Positions 17,604-28,096 of a stretch of 56,873 nucleotides of DNA are shown one piece after another. Source of the DNA: a virus (Duplodnaviria > Caudoviricetes). The translations under genes and the position numbers were made by a program. The notes beneath the pieces are model-generated. The model did not search any database. It saw only the letters and a list, made by a program, of their open reading frames with translations, and was not told the origin of the DNA. Position 1 is the stretch's first letter. Each line of letters opens with the position of its first letter. The stretch covers positions 1 through 56,873 of IMG/VR virus record IMGVR_UViG_3300025809_000002. One strand, 5' to 3'.

Positions 17604-20600
17604 TTACTTCCTGCTAGCCAGTCCACCCTTTGCCAACTTAGAAGCTGCTTCTTGGATGGCTCTGGTGGCTGGTACTCTGTTATCTGATTTACGGATATCA
17701 TCCATGTTGTCTGCAATCTTACGCAGCAGCTTAGCTCTCTCCACAGACCCCTGCTTCTCTAACACATCTGCAATGTTTCGCAGTGGGGTGGGATACAAAG
17801 GTGAAGCAGCCACCCGTGCTGTGTACTGCTGACCCATCCCTGTCTTTGTTGATGTGATCTTTGCAGCTGCAGCGTAGGATTTAAACAATTCACGCACAGC
17901 TTTGTATGAATTATTAGCAGCGATCCTCTGCTCTTTCTCTGGGAGTGCTTGGAATTTCTTAGTGTCGTTAGCAACAGCTGCATATGAGTTATACATCTGT
18001 ATAGCTGCACTACGCTTCTCAGCAATCGGCTCATAATCAGCAAGCTTACTTGCCGCAGACTCATCTGCTTTGTTAATCATCAGCTTGTCTGCTTCAACAA
18101 ATGCATCCTCTGTTTCATTCATGTTACCTGTGCGAGGTAGAGATAATGGGCGAGTTGATAAGGGGTCACCACTAATGCTCTGAGCAATGACATCCAAGTC
18201 TTGATTGTTATAAGCTTCTCTAGGCATGTTTACACGGCTGAACAAGTAGTCAGCATAAGGCATCTTTGTAGAAACAATAGCTGACGGGTCTCTTCCACCA
18301 AAAGAACCTGTATTAAATTGCAAGTTTAAGTCTTTGGTGAAAGACGGAGCAGCCACTTCCAGCTCTGTCTGTTTAAACCTTTCTCTTTGTGGTTTAGCAA
18401 AACCTGACTTAGCCAATCCTTCTGCTCTATTTGGATTACCGTGGAAGAGTTCAATCGGAGGTGTGTCTTTGTACTTAACACGAAGACGATCTAGTTCCTT
18501 TTGTTTCTTCTGTGCAAGATCTTTAAACAATGATCTATCTTTTGCTTTACTTGGGTCAGCTTCTCTTTTATTTAATACTCTAAAGTCACCTTGTGTGATA
18601 CCAATAACAGAATCTTCAACACCTTCTACCTTTAGCTTAGGGAATCGTTGTGTACGAACCTCACGTATCTGTTCAATCATATCATTACGATCATTCAGAT
18701 TGTTAATTGTTTTCAACGGACCTTTGATTGCACGGTCGGACACCATAACAACAGGCTCTTCATCAACAGGCTGCATCAAACCTTTAGTAGTTGGCGGAGC
18801 TTCGGCTTCCTTCTGTGCAACAGTCTTGGTAAAGTCGTAGGCACCTTCATCATCTATGAAGTCAAAGATGCTGCCAGCACCGGGGTGTGGTTCGTCATCT
18901 ACATCTTTGCCCATGTGAATAAACACAGTGTTGTCATACTTCTCTGGGTGGTTCTTCTTTAAGAACTCCATTGAAGAAGCACCCTCAAACTCTGAAGCCT
19001 TTGCTTCAGCAGCAGCAACTTCTTCTGGTGCATACTTAGACAAACCACTGACTTGTATTGTGGAAGGAGGTATCGCTTCTTCTGTTTGCTTAGCTAGCGA
19101 TGCTTCAATTTCTGGGGCTACAGGGGGCGTAGCTTTGACGGCAGCTTTTTTCTGCATCTCTTCCATCAGATCTGCTGATGTCTTCTTGCCTGAAGATTTA
19201 ACCAATCCTTTTAAAGCTGCTTTACCTACAAAGCCGCCAGCAGCCATCTCTATAGCTTTCATTTTTTTCTCGTACACATCTATAGCCATGTAGTCTTTCG
19301 CTTTTTCCAGCGTTACACCATCATGATCATCAGCATACATCTCATTGATAAGCATCCGCTTTTCTTGAGAGAATTTATTGTATTTATTTTTATACACTTT
19401 CTGTATATCAGCGGCCTTGTATGTACCATTGACAATCTTCTTAGCTATAGCTGTGCTACGGTTAATACTGCTTTTTAAAGCAAGGCGTTTCTTCAGCGGG
19501 GATAATGCTTGATATGTAGGACTCTTAAGTGTATTACCAACATTTCTCATCACTTGATTGTTAGCTTCCTCAGTATATAAACGGTCGTATTCTTTATCAC
19601 CAGAGGGACTACCATACAAACGCCAAGCCTCAAAGTTAAGTTTGGCAACTTCCCTTTCAATAGGATTTTTATATGGATCTTTTCTAAAACCAACTAAGCG
19701 GTTAAAGAACTGACCTTCTCTAATGATAGGTCCTTCACGTAACCGAGGTATTGCTTCAGGTAAATCTTCTTTCCATCCGGGAATCCTAGACTGTATACGT
19801 TTCTTTACAGCGTCTGTATTTATAAGAGGTAGGTCACCCTCAAAACCTAAAGCGTTTACTGCCGGTCCTACAATTGGTACATCTTTAACTCTAACAGTAG
19901 CGTCTGTATCAATAACATTAGGGTCACGGGCAACAGCCCCTTCTTCGTTAATTAAATCATACAAGTCATAGAAATTTTTAACGACAAAAGGTTGTGTAAA
20001 TCTAGTAGCAAAATCACCAAACATCTTACCAACAGTTATAGCCCACTGCTCTGCTTCTTTTTCTGTATCAATAGAAGCAATAAGCTGATCTGCTATTACG
20101 TTTTGAGAACCTGCTGGCATCTTCATGCCGACAACAGCTTGATAAGCGTCTGATATTTTATATGGAACACCTTGTTCAGCCCGTGCGAATAAGTCAGCAA
20201 CAGCAAAGTAAGGAGCAAGAGGGAACAAGGCACGAATATCTGTAGTGCTTCCATCATCATTCTTAACGTTGTACCACTCTGTATCTAGATTATTCATCCT
20301 GTAATCGTATGCAGCCATCAGACCACCAAGTCCAACACTGCCTTGCATAACTTTTAAATTACCGTCCCGCAAAGCTTTTGTAGCTTTGTCTGTTTCGCCT
20401 GCATTTTTAGCAATAATGTATTTAGCATAATCAGAGCCACCTCCTACAAGACCTCCGATAGGACTATATCTATACTGGAAAGCCATAGCATTAGCCATAA
20501 ATCTAGGGAAAGGAATAGCTAATGAGCTGCCGGGCCATTGCTCAATAAGACGAATAATCCTCCCGGCTCCTGCTTCAAAGGCTCCTTCTATACCTCTCTT

Positions 20601-22754
20601 GCCGGGCTTAGGCATATAACTAAACGAAGCTTTTAGTGCATCATCAACAGCACGGCTAAGGACTGCTGTAGGAATTAGCTTACCTTCCTGTATCATCTTG
20701 TACATATCCATGCCTTGCCTACGCATACTTGTCTCAACGGAGGCAGTGAAGATAGCTCGTCTAAAGAATACATCCTGTGCTGTGTTTAGTACGTTAGCCA
20801 TCTTACCTATACGAGAGATATCTCTGTTAGATGTTTCTTGTAAAGCACTAAGTAGGTTGTTGCGTAGGGTAGGAGAATGCTCTAGCAGAATGTCAGTAAC
20901 CTCACCAGCCAGTCCGTTCTTTTTCATGTATACAAAAGTGCGGGTAGCATCTTGGAGACTGCCAGCTAAAGAATCTGCTGCTCTCTTAAAACCTTTACCT
21001 TGAACTCCATCTTTAACTGCAACACCTAAAGAATAAAGAAGACCTTCCATGATATCAGAGCCAGACTTAGCAGTTAGACCTATAGCAGTGCCTGCAACGT
21101 TACGCATAGTGGTATCAACGCCACTGGTAATCCACGCCTTACCTTCTCTCTCTACACGGTTGACTCCATTTAAACCAGCACGGAATATTTCCCAAGCTCC
21201 TGTAGATTTCTCATCGTAGAGGTCCTTCATTTGCTTATCAAACTCAGGATCAGCACCTCTAAGTCTTTTCATCAATTGAGATGCATTAGAGTATTGCTGC
21301 ATAATTCTAGCAGCATCGGACACCGTCACCTTATTTGCCGCAGCAAAGTCAGCAGGGGTTAATCCCTCCGCACGAATAGCTCTTTCTAACACAGCATCAT
21401 CAATGGTATCTAAAGAAGCAAACACCCTCTCAATAGCATCACTTGTTTTCTGTGATGGCTTAATCATAAACTCAGGGTCATCTTGAATGACACGCAACGC
21501 AACACGCACAGCTCTGCCACTAAGTTCAGTGGCAATCTTAGCGTCCACCATAGCGCTGGCTGGTCCAAACTGATCTAGTATCTTAGCGCCTTCTTTCTTC
21601 ACGAAGTTAGAAACTTCTTCATCAATCTGTTTATTAACAGGATCAATTAGTTTCTTCTCCAAGGAAGTAACAGGAGATGTAGGTGACTGAGGAATAACTT
21701 CCTCTGCTCTTTTCTTTAACTCTTCTTTAAGAAAGCCTTCTTTTGGTTTTGTTCTAGTAGCGGCTTTACCACCAGCATAACCAGCAGTGGCTCCAGATAG
21801 AAGCATAGCAGCGCCTACTCGCCAAGGGTTAAGCTCATCCACCTCTTCACCCGCTGCCTCAGACACTGCTTGTTGAATGCGCTGATCAACAATATCTCCA
21901 CCACCGCCAACAAGAGCTTCAGTGGCTACAGATGTACCAATAGTGGTGGCTTTCTTAATGGCTTCAGAGGTGGCTTTACTTACTGCAACGCCAGCCCCTT
22001 TACCAAAGATAAAACCTAGGTAGTTTAGAGGGTCAGTTACAATTGCTTTAACAGCATCAGCATAAGGACGGAAACCTGCCTGACCTCCCTTCTCAGTGAC
22101 GCCTGCTGTTTCTTGGTACACCTTATGGACAAGAGCGGTCTTTGCCGCATCCTCTGGAGAAGCGTTGCGGATGTAGTTAAGCTCAGGTAATGCTTCCATG
22201 AGAACGTTAAGCTCTTTCCCTCTCATGCTCTCCATCCAATCAGCCACGAATTCTTGTCTAGTTTCGGTGGTCTTCTCACCACGTCTCATTCTAATTAAGT
22301 CTTCGGTTGTAGCAGTGCGATCAGATTCCAGATTAGTTATGTCACCTTTAAACTCACGGCCTGATCTAGCTTTAGCGTAGTCTTGGATAATATTAAACAG
22401 ATCATCCCTTTGCCATAAGTCATCAAACGTGTATGTAGAAGGGGCGCTCTTTTCTGGCTCCATATCCATACCAGCAAACTCGCTAGTGGGGTCAATGGGC
22501 ATGAAGCCTGCTGTAGGTACGTCAGAGGTGGTTGCTACAGGTGTTTCGTTTAACTGGCGAAGTTCTTGTTCATAGTCAACTGGCTGCTCTGTTTTAGTTT
22601 CGGTGGTCTGCTCACCACGCCTCATGCTAATTAAGTCTTCGGTTGTAGCAGTGCGATCAGAGTCAAGACTCAGTTGGCGTAGCTCTTCCTCGTAATCAAC
22701 AGCCTGTTCTGCTTCTAAATTCCGCAGCTCTTCTTCGTAGTTAATATCTGCCAT
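17604..22754 (-). CDS. Large internal virion (ejection) protein, 1716 aa, with ART-like C-terminal region
   Basis: Size and last position in the late arm; helical composition; FHG...SFT...ETE segment. Confidence 0.75.
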   Translation of the reverse strand: MADINYEEELRNLEAEQAVDYEEELRQLSLDSDRTATTEDLISMRRGEQTTETKTEQPVDYEQELRQLNETPVATTSDVPTAGFMPIDPTSEFAGMDMEPEKSAPSTYTFDDLWQRDDLFNIIQDYAKARSGREFKGDITNLESDRTATTEDLIRMRRGEKTTETRQEFVADWMESMRGKELNVLMEALPELNYIRNASPEDAAKTALVHKVYQETAGVTEKGGQAGFRPYADAVKAIVTDPLNYLGFIFGKGAGVAVSKATSEAIKKATTIGTSVATEALVGGGGDIVDQRIQQAVSEAAGEEVDELNPWRVGAAMLLSGATAGYAGGKAATRTKPKEGFLKEELKKRAEEVIPQSPTSPVTSLEKKLIDPVNKQIDEEVSNFVKKEGAKILDQFGPASAMVDAKIATELSGRAVRVALRVIQDDPEFMIKPSQKTSDAIERVFASLDTIDDAVLERAIRAEGLTPADFAAANKVTVSDAARIMQQYSNASQLMKRLRGADPEFDKQMKDLYDEKSTGAWEIFRAGLNGVNRVEREGKAWITSGVDTTMRNVAGTAIGLTAKSGSDIMEGLLYSLGVAVKDGVQGKGFKRAADSLAGSLQDATRTFVYMKKNGLAGEVTDILLEHSPTLRNNLLSALQETSNRDISRIGKMANVLNTAQDVFFRRAIFTASVETSMRRQGMDMYKMIQEGKLIPTAVLSRAVDDALKASFSYMPKPGKRGIEGAFEAGAGRIIRLIEQWPGSSLAIPFPRFMANAMAFQYRYSPIGGLVGGGSDYAKYIIAKNAGETDKATKALRDGNLKVMQGSVGLGGLMAAYDYRMNNLDTEWYNVKNDDGSTTDIRALFPLAPYFAVADLFARAEQGVPYKISDAYQAVVGMKMPAGSQNVIADQLIASIDTEKEAEQWAITVGKMFGDFATRFTQPFVVKNFYDLYDLINEEGAVARDPNVIDTDATVRVKDVPIVGPAVNALGFEGDLPLINTDAVKKRIQSRIPGWKEDLPEAIPRLREGPIIREGQFFNRLVGFRKDPYKNPIEREVAKLNFEAWRLYGSPSGDKEYDRLYTEEANNQVMRNVGNTLKSPTYQALSPLKKRLALKSSINRSTAIAKKIVNGTYKAADIQKVYKNKYNKFSQEKRMLINEMYADDHDGVTLEKAKDYMAIDVYEKKMKAIEMAAGGFVGKAALKGLVKSSGKKTSADLMEEMQKKAAVKATPPVAPEIEASLAKQTEEAIPPSTIQVSGLSKYAPEEVAAAEAKASEFEGASSMEFLKKNHPEKYDNTVFIHMGKDVDDEPHPGAGSIFDFIDDEGAYDFTKTVAQKEAEAPPTTKGLMQPVDEEPVVMVSDRAIKGPLKTINNLNDRNDMIEQIREVRTQRFPKLKVEGVEDSVIGITQGDFRVLNKREADPSKAKDRSLFKDLAQKKQKELDRLRVKYKDTPPIELFHGNPNRAEGLAKSGFAKPQRERFKQTELEVAAPSFTKDLNLQFNTGSFGGRDPSAIVSTKMPYADYLFSRVNMPREAYNNQDLDVIAQSISGDPLSTRPLSLPRTGNMNETEDAFVEADKLMINKADESAASKLADYEPIAEKRSAAIQMYNSYAAVANDTKKFQALPEKEQRIAANNSYKAVRELFKSYAAAAKITSTKTGMGQQYTARVAASPLYPTPLRNIADVLEKQGSVERAKLLRKIADNMDDIRKSDNRVPATRAIQEAASKLAKGGLASRK

Positions 22755-22757
22755 AGC

Positions 22758-24194
22758 TTATTCTCCTATTATGGCATATCCATTTTTTTTCATATCTTCC
22801 ATGATTGTAGCTACATCTGTTGGTAAGGTATTATTACGGTTTTCAGCTCTCTTAGCTGCCATTTGTCTAATTTGGTCCATTGTAACTTTTTTCTCTTGAG
22901 GAGCTTCCTGTGCTGCTGGTGCTGCTTGTCCTGTCGCTGGCGGTAACACCACCTTTGGCTTTTCTTGTCCATCGGTATTAGGATCAGCAGAAGGCATAGG
23001 CGTAAAGATTGGTCTACCTTGATCATCAAAAGGTATTAGCATGGAGCGCAGAGCGGTAGCTACGTCTGTGTTAACAGGCACACCATTTTTATCTAGGTAA
23101 GGCTGTGCCATTTTCTCAATAACAGATCTTGCATAATCGTTCACTTCTTTTCTCTTCGCAGAATCTTGACCGATATAGTTGTAAGTACCACTACCATCTG
23201 GTAATGTCTCAATGATTAGATCTTTTGACTGCTCTGGACCAAATTTTTCATTGAGCGCTCTAGACGCAGTGCTAGAGAACAGTCGTGCTAATATACTAAC
23301 AGTAGGAACACCGCTGTCTTCTTTCTTGCCCTTAGCTTCAATAGCTAATACTCTGTCGTATTCTTTTTCAGCTGCTGCTCGTATCTCTGGTGTTTCACCA
23401 TTTAGCATAGTCATCTTTAAAGCACCAACAGTTGAAGCCCAGTTAGCTTTGTCTGGGTCAAGAGTATCTTTAATTGTTCGTAAACCATCGTAGGTATTCT
23501 TAGCTGAGAGAGCTTGCTCACTATCTTTACCATATTCAGAAACAGCATCAGCATATGACATACCTGCTTCTTGTAAACGCCCTTCAATTGTTTTCTTCTT
23601 CTTCAAGAACCCCGAAGAAACACTACCCATAGAACCTAAGTCAGAAACAGGGGCAGCGCCTTCTGCATATGCGTCCAGCTCGTCAGCACCCACACCATAC
23701 TGCTCAGCGTACATCTGTCTTTTTCTTTCGCTGGGAGAAACATCAATGAAACCAAGCAGTTTATTAGTCTGTCCTTCAGCCGGTTTCACTTCACCAACTT
23801 GTGGCTGCACTCTCTGTTGCACCAAGTCCATTGCTGTTGTAAATTTTTCAGGCATCTCTCCAACTTTTACATAGTTAGATAAGATATTAGCTTTCTCATC
23901 ATCACTGAAGCCCTCTTCATGAGCCTTCATCAAAGTGTCGTAGTTAGTCTCGGTACTGATAGCAGCTGCTATTTGCTGTTCCGTCGCCATAGGGTAAACA
24001 GAGCTAAAGTTTTTAACTCTAGTTTCATAAACCTTTCTTAACTCGGAGGCTTCTTTCTGCCGTGTCAATCTGTTAGAAGCGGCTAAGTTAAAACGATTAG
24101 AAAGAATCTTTTCTTCTTTTTCCCGCTCATCTTCAATACGAGTGGCTAAAGTTTTAGCGAAGCCTGTAGCAAAACCTTTTAAATTAATCCCCAT
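22758..24194 (-). CDS. Internal virion protein
   Basis: Position; amphipathic N-terminus GFATGFA; helical. Confidence 0.65.
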   Translation of the reverse strand: MGINLKGFATGFAKTLATRIEDEREKEEKILSNRFNLAASNRLTRQKEASELRKVYETRVKNFSSVYPMATEQQIAAAISTETNYDTLMKAHEEGFSDDEKANILSNYVKVGEMPEKFTTAMDLVQQRVQPQVGEVKPAEGQTNKLLGFIDVSPSERKRQMYAEQYGVGADELDAYAEGAAPVSDLGSMGSVSSGFLKKKKTIEGRLQEAGMSYADAVSEYGKDSEQALSAKNTYDGLRTIKDTLDPDKANWASTVGALKMTMLNGETPEIRAAAEKEYDRVLAIEAKGKKEDSGVPTVSILARLFSSTASRALNEKFGPEQSKDLIIETLPDGSGTYNYIGQDSAKRKEVNDYARSVIEKMAQPYLDKNGVPVNTDVATALRSMLIPFDDQGRPIFTPMPSADPNTDGQEKPKVVLPPATGQAAPAAQEAPQEKKVTMDQIRQMAAKRAENRNNTLPTDVATIMEDMKKNGYAIIGE

Positions 24195-24660
24195 TATTTT
24201 CTCCTCTTGCCATCAAGCCTTTTGGCTGAGGTTCTTCTTTATCCTTAACAGAAGATTTTACTTCTGCAATAATTTCTTTTAACATTTTTTCACTAACAGC
24301 TTTAGGTTTCTTTGAATCTTCAGGGGTAGTTTTATAACCAACACCACTGATATCGCCAATAGTCTTAATGATCTCAGCAATAATAGGGAAGGCAATTAAA
24401 CCAACATCAACAGAGTGGATGCCTTGCATTACGGATGCCTTCATAAACGTGTTAGCTAAGTCTGTTACAGTGGCATCTCTAGAAAGAACGTCAGCGATGC
24501 CGTCAACAGCCTCATCGCTTGTTAAGCGTTCTGTGTAGAAGTCTACGACATCAGCAAGTTTCACGTACTTTGGAGGCTGCTCCCAAGGATAATTACCCGG
24601 CTCACCTGTTAGTGACATACCGGGTACGGGGTTAGTATTGAATACAAGATCAGCGTCCAT
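24184..24660 (-). CDS. Putative virion protein
   Basis: P.PG.SLT.EP.NYPWE.PP motif. Confidence 0.7.
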   Translation of the reverse strand: MDADLVFNTNPVPGMSLTGEPGNYPWEQPPKYVKLADVVDFYTERLTSDEAVDGIADVLSRDATVTDLANTFMKASVMQGIHSVDVGLIAFPIIAEIIKTIGDISGVGYKTTPEDSKKPKAVSEKMLKEIIAEVKSSVKDKEEPQPKGLMARGENNGD

Positions 24661-24853
24661 TGATCAACTCCTGTTTTGTTTTTCTAATCATAGAGATATA
24701 ATTAGCAACCTGACTGTCTGTGTCAGTGCCTTGTTTTGTTTTTGTTGGTATCTTGGAAGGAGACAGTAAACCAGAAGCTGGTGTTTTCTTTACTTTCGGA
24801 TCTTCAGCAAGCATGCTGTCAATCTTCTTCATATACTTAGAATAGTTTTTCAT
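24650..24853 (-). CDS. Small basic hypothetical protein
   Basis: ATG at 24853; packed between neighbours. Confidence 0.6.
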   Translation of the reverse strand: MKNYSKYMKKIDSMLAEDPKVKKTPASGLLSPSKIPTKTKQGTDTDSQVANYISMIRKTKQELINGR

Positions 24854-24858
24854 AATTA

Positions 24859-27333
24859 TTAACTTGTTACAACAGCAGCAACCACACTTCCGATTGCGTT
24901 CCACAATGAGCCATCCTCAGCAGAACCTGCTGCTGATACCTTAGCTTCTGCCTCAAGCTGAGCAATGGCTAAGTTGGTCATCCTATTGACAGAGTTTTCA
25001 TACGCATTAAAGGCGTTAGAAATTTGATCTCTGTACAACTGCGTCTCATTATTATACTCAGCCAGTGTCATCTGTGTCATGTTCTGAGCATTTAAATAAT
25101 TAGCTGAGTTCTCTGCAGCAGTGTTAGCTGTGGAAATATCTCTACGCCATTGTGCATTAGCTTGATCAATGACCAATCGGTTTGTGCTGTTAAATTGATC
25201 TCTGGCATTCTGTGCCTCTGTGTTTAGTTTAACAATGGCATTAGCTTGGTCAACGTTAAACTGCTCAACCGCATTCTTTTGTGCGGCATTGAACTGATTT
25301 ACCTGAGAAGTTAGAGAAGCCATGAACTGGTTAGTCTGGTTTTCTGAGGTGGCATTGAATTGCTTAGCAGCATTGTCAGCAGCAGTGTCGGTTAACAAAG
25401 CATTTGTATTTGTTTGCGCTTTAAATATACTTGTCTGCTGCTCATTACCTAAGTTAGCCAAGTCCATCTGCAAGAAGCTCTGTGCATTAACAACCTGAGC
25501 TTGTTGTCTGTTGTTTAAGTTAGTTGTCTCAAGTGTTGCAATCTGTGCAGCCTCTGCCATCACCACAGCTTGTTGGTTGCTAAGGTTAGCAAGGTCTACA
25601 CTCTGCGCCATGCGAGCATTCTCCAAAGCAATCTGTTGACTGGCAGTGAAGTTCATGTTAGCAATGTCAGAAACCTTAGCAGCGTTTGTCACCTTCACTT
25701 GGAAAGCCTGATCAAACTCCTGCCCCAAGAAAGCAGCACGTTGCTGAGCAGCTAACACAGCTGTCTGCTGCTTGTTGCTCAGGTTCTGCAGGCCCATCTG
25801 CTCAAACACTTTAGCATCAGCAGAGGCAATAGGAACAGCAGCTTCCATTGCTGCCTGAATGATTGCTTGACCTGCCATACTAGAAGCGCTAAGTCCTCTA
25901 GCTGACATCTGTGCCACAGCAGAGCGCATTGTAGAAGCTGCCCACGGTGGTGGGTTGCCTGCGTCAAAGTTAGACAGCACTTTATTAAGCTGACCCTGCA
26001 CAGTCATGTCTTCAGTGACAGTGCCTTGAGCAGCAGAGGCTGCGGTTTGTGCTGCCAATGCCTCAGCCTGTGTCATGTCAACACCAGTGCCGCTGATCAT
26101 CTCACCAGCCTGCGCTGTTCTAGCATCAGGTGCATCCACCTCCTGCGCCTTGTCCAGTGTCTCTGCTGTCAAATCGCCCACAGCTGTTGTTGTGGGGTCT
26201 TTCTCTTGTGCTTTCACTTTTTTTGTTACATCGCCCTCGGCTGCGCTTAGTTTATCTAATTCTGTTTGCACCCCGGCAGCTGCTTCAGACGCACTCATCG
26301 TCTCAGCTGTCATAGGGGTAGGTGCTCCTACTGTAGCTGCTGTGCCCGCTTGGTCTGCTGTGCCTTGAGCTGCTGTTGCAGGAGCTAAGCCTTCGGTGCC
26401 AACGTCCTGCTCAGCAGTGGCAGTGATCTGAGCAGCTGTCATTGTAGGTGCGGCACCCGCAACAGGCTTACCTTGATCGTCAGTTGTTGTTCTACTTGCT
26501 AAGGCTGCTTTTGCTTGGGTAAGTTCTGTCTGAGCGGCTGCTTTTGAAGCGGCATCTGTAGCAGCAGCCACCTTAGCTTCTAGGTCCGTCACTGTTTTTT
26601 CAAGTTGAACCATCTGAGGGGATTTAACATCTGCGGGAGCTTGCCCAGTAAACGTGTTGTACCCTGCTTGAATATTAGAATCAAGAAGACCTTTACTCCT
26701 AAAATATTTAACAGCTGCTGCTCGTGTTTCCTCTGTATCTGCACCGCCAGCTGAGGCTATGTATTGTTGATAAGCAGCGGCAATTTGAGCAGGGGTGCTT
26801 GTAGCAGAAATGTTTTCTGCAAGGTCTAATTTAGGCGGGGTAGCTGCTGGCGCTGCTGGTGTCGTAGCTACTGGTGCTGCTGGTGTTGGTGTCGTAGCTG
26901 CTGGTGCTGCAGCAGTTATAGCTGGTGTTGTCGCTGCTGGCGTTGGTGTTGTATACGCTGTATACCCTGCTTGAATATTAGTGTCACTAATACCTTTATC
27001 TTGTAGAAACTTAGCGGCTGCTACTCTGTTAGCCTCAGTGTCACCACCAGCAGTATCAGTATATGCTTTATAAGCAGTACTAATCTGTTCAGGTGTGCTA
27101 TCAGCTGTTAATTGTTCTGCTATGTTTCCGCCAGCAGCATACTTACGCACCTTACGTTGGCTGGTCAATCCACCCTTTGCCATGCGCTGAACATACTTGT
27201 TAGTCACCATGTTATACTTGGCAGACAGTGCAGGAGAAGAAGCAAGGAACGATTCAAAGCCCTGCATAGGCCCTTCATATCCAAGCTTACGAGCAAGGAT
27301 TTCTTTTTGTCCTGATGTAAATTCTTTTTTCAT
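24859..27333 (-). CDS. Internal virion protein (Ala/Gln-rich, QFN repeats)
   Basis: NL.N.QQ and QFN.. repeats; hydrophobic C-terminus. Confidence 0.7.
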   Translation of the reverse strand: MKKEFTSGQKEILARKLGYEGPMQGFESFLASSPALSAKYNMVTNKYVQRMAKGGLTSQRKVRKYAAGGNIAEQLTADSTPEQISTAYKAYTDTAGGDTEANRVAAAKFLQDKGISDTNIQAGYTAYTTPTPAATTPAITAAAPAATTPTPAAPVATTPAAPAATPPKLDLAENISATSTPAQIAAAYQQYIASAGGADTEETRAAAVKYFRSKGLLDSNIQAGYNTFTGQAPADVKSPQMVQLEKTVTDLEAKVAAATDAASKAAAQTELTQAKAALASRTTTDDQGKPVAGAAPTMTAAQITATAEQDVGTEGLAPATAAQGTADQAGTAATVGAPTPMTAETMSASEAAAGVQTELDKLSAAEGDVTKKVKAQEKDPTTTAVGDLTAETLDKAQEVDAPDARTAQAGEMISGTGVDMTQAEALAAQTAASAAQGTVTEDMTVQGQLNKVLSNFDAGNPPPWAASTMRSAVAQMSARGLSASSMAGQAIIQAAMEAAVPIASADAKVFEQMGLQNLSNKQQTAVLAAQQRAAFLGQEFDQAFQVKVTNAAKVSDIANMNFTASQQIALENARMAQSVDLANLSNQQAVVMAEAAQIATLETTNLNNRQQAQVVNAQSFLQMDLANLGNEQQTSIFKAQTNTNALLTDTAADNAAKQFNATSENQTNQFMASLTSQVNQFNAAQKNAVEQFNVDQANAIVKLNTEAQNARDQFNSTNRLVIDQANAQWRRDISTANTAAENSANYLNAQNMTQMTLAEYNNETQLYRDQISNAFNAYENSVNRMTNLAIAQLEAEAKVSAAGSAEDGSLWNAIGSVVAAVVTS

Positions 27334-27335
27334 AT

Positions 27336-27641
27336 TTATCTCTTATCAACAGCATTCGCTAAGTATTGTAACATGTTTGGGTTATCCTTTAACAAACTTA
27401 GTAACCCAACAGTGGTACAGTACACCTGTCTTTCTGTTAGATTTAATTGAAATCTTTCATCCAATGCGTGAATGCATTCATGAAGGAGGGTGTCAGCTTC
27501 GTCATAAACAGTCTGGTCTGCTTGTATCTTTATGATGCCTTTAGCCGTATATGTTTCCCCGTAGCTATCAGGAAACTCTTCAGCTGTAAGAAGCTGTACT
27601 GTGTACTCTTTCCCTATAACTGTAAGAGAAGAGGGGATCAT
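27336..27641 (-). CDS. HExxH metallopeptidase-like protein
   Basis: TLLHECIHAL followed by a downstream E. Confidence 0.7.
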   Translation of the reverse strand: MIPSSLTVIGKEYTVQLLTAEEFPDSYGETYTAKGIIKIQADQTVYDEADTLLHECIHALDERFQLNLTERQVYCTTVGLLSLLKDNPNMLQYLANAVDKR

Positions 27642-28096
27642 TGGATTCCTGTTACATATTTAGTTTTACCATTAACCTTGGTTGCTGTCAAGACCTGTGC
27701 TTTCAGGTCTTTAGCGTCATAGGCACAATGCACCCACCCACTATTGGGGTCACCCTCAGTATAAAACTCAAGAATTAGTTGTGTGAATTGTAGGTTATCT
27801 CTAATCCAAATAGCCAGCTCTTTATTATCTAGACCAGTAACTTCAAAGTCAGCAGCAAAGCCGTAGCAATGTTGGCTGGTTTTAGAGCCGCCAATAGAAG
27901 AATTAAGTAGAGGACTACGATAACCGCTGGTCACTTTAACACTGCCGAATTTATCTCTAACAACTTGCAGGACATTGTCAACCAAAGCCTGCAGGTTAGC
28001 TGTGACAACCTCGTCTGGTGTGTTATCAATTCCTTTACGGATTGCTGTGGAAGATTTAATCATCTCAGCTAGACTGAAGTTTGTAGATAATTTCAT
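27638..28096 (-). CDS. Endolysin, peptidase M15A family
   Basis: SGYRS..N..IGGS..SQH..G.AAD and WVH motifs. Confidence 0.9.
   Translation of the reverse strand: MKLSTNFSLAEMIKSSTAIRKGIDNTPDEVVTANLQALVDNVLQVVRDKFGSVKVTSGYRSPLLNSSIGGSKTSQHCYGFAADFEVTGLDNKELAIWIRDNLQFTQLILEFYTEGDPNSGWVHCAYDAKDLKAQVLTATKVNGKTKYVTGIQ

Noticed and set aside
17604-22754. Virion RNA polymerase
   Set aside because: No DxDGD or single-subunit RNAP motifs seen; sigma70 promoters explain transcription
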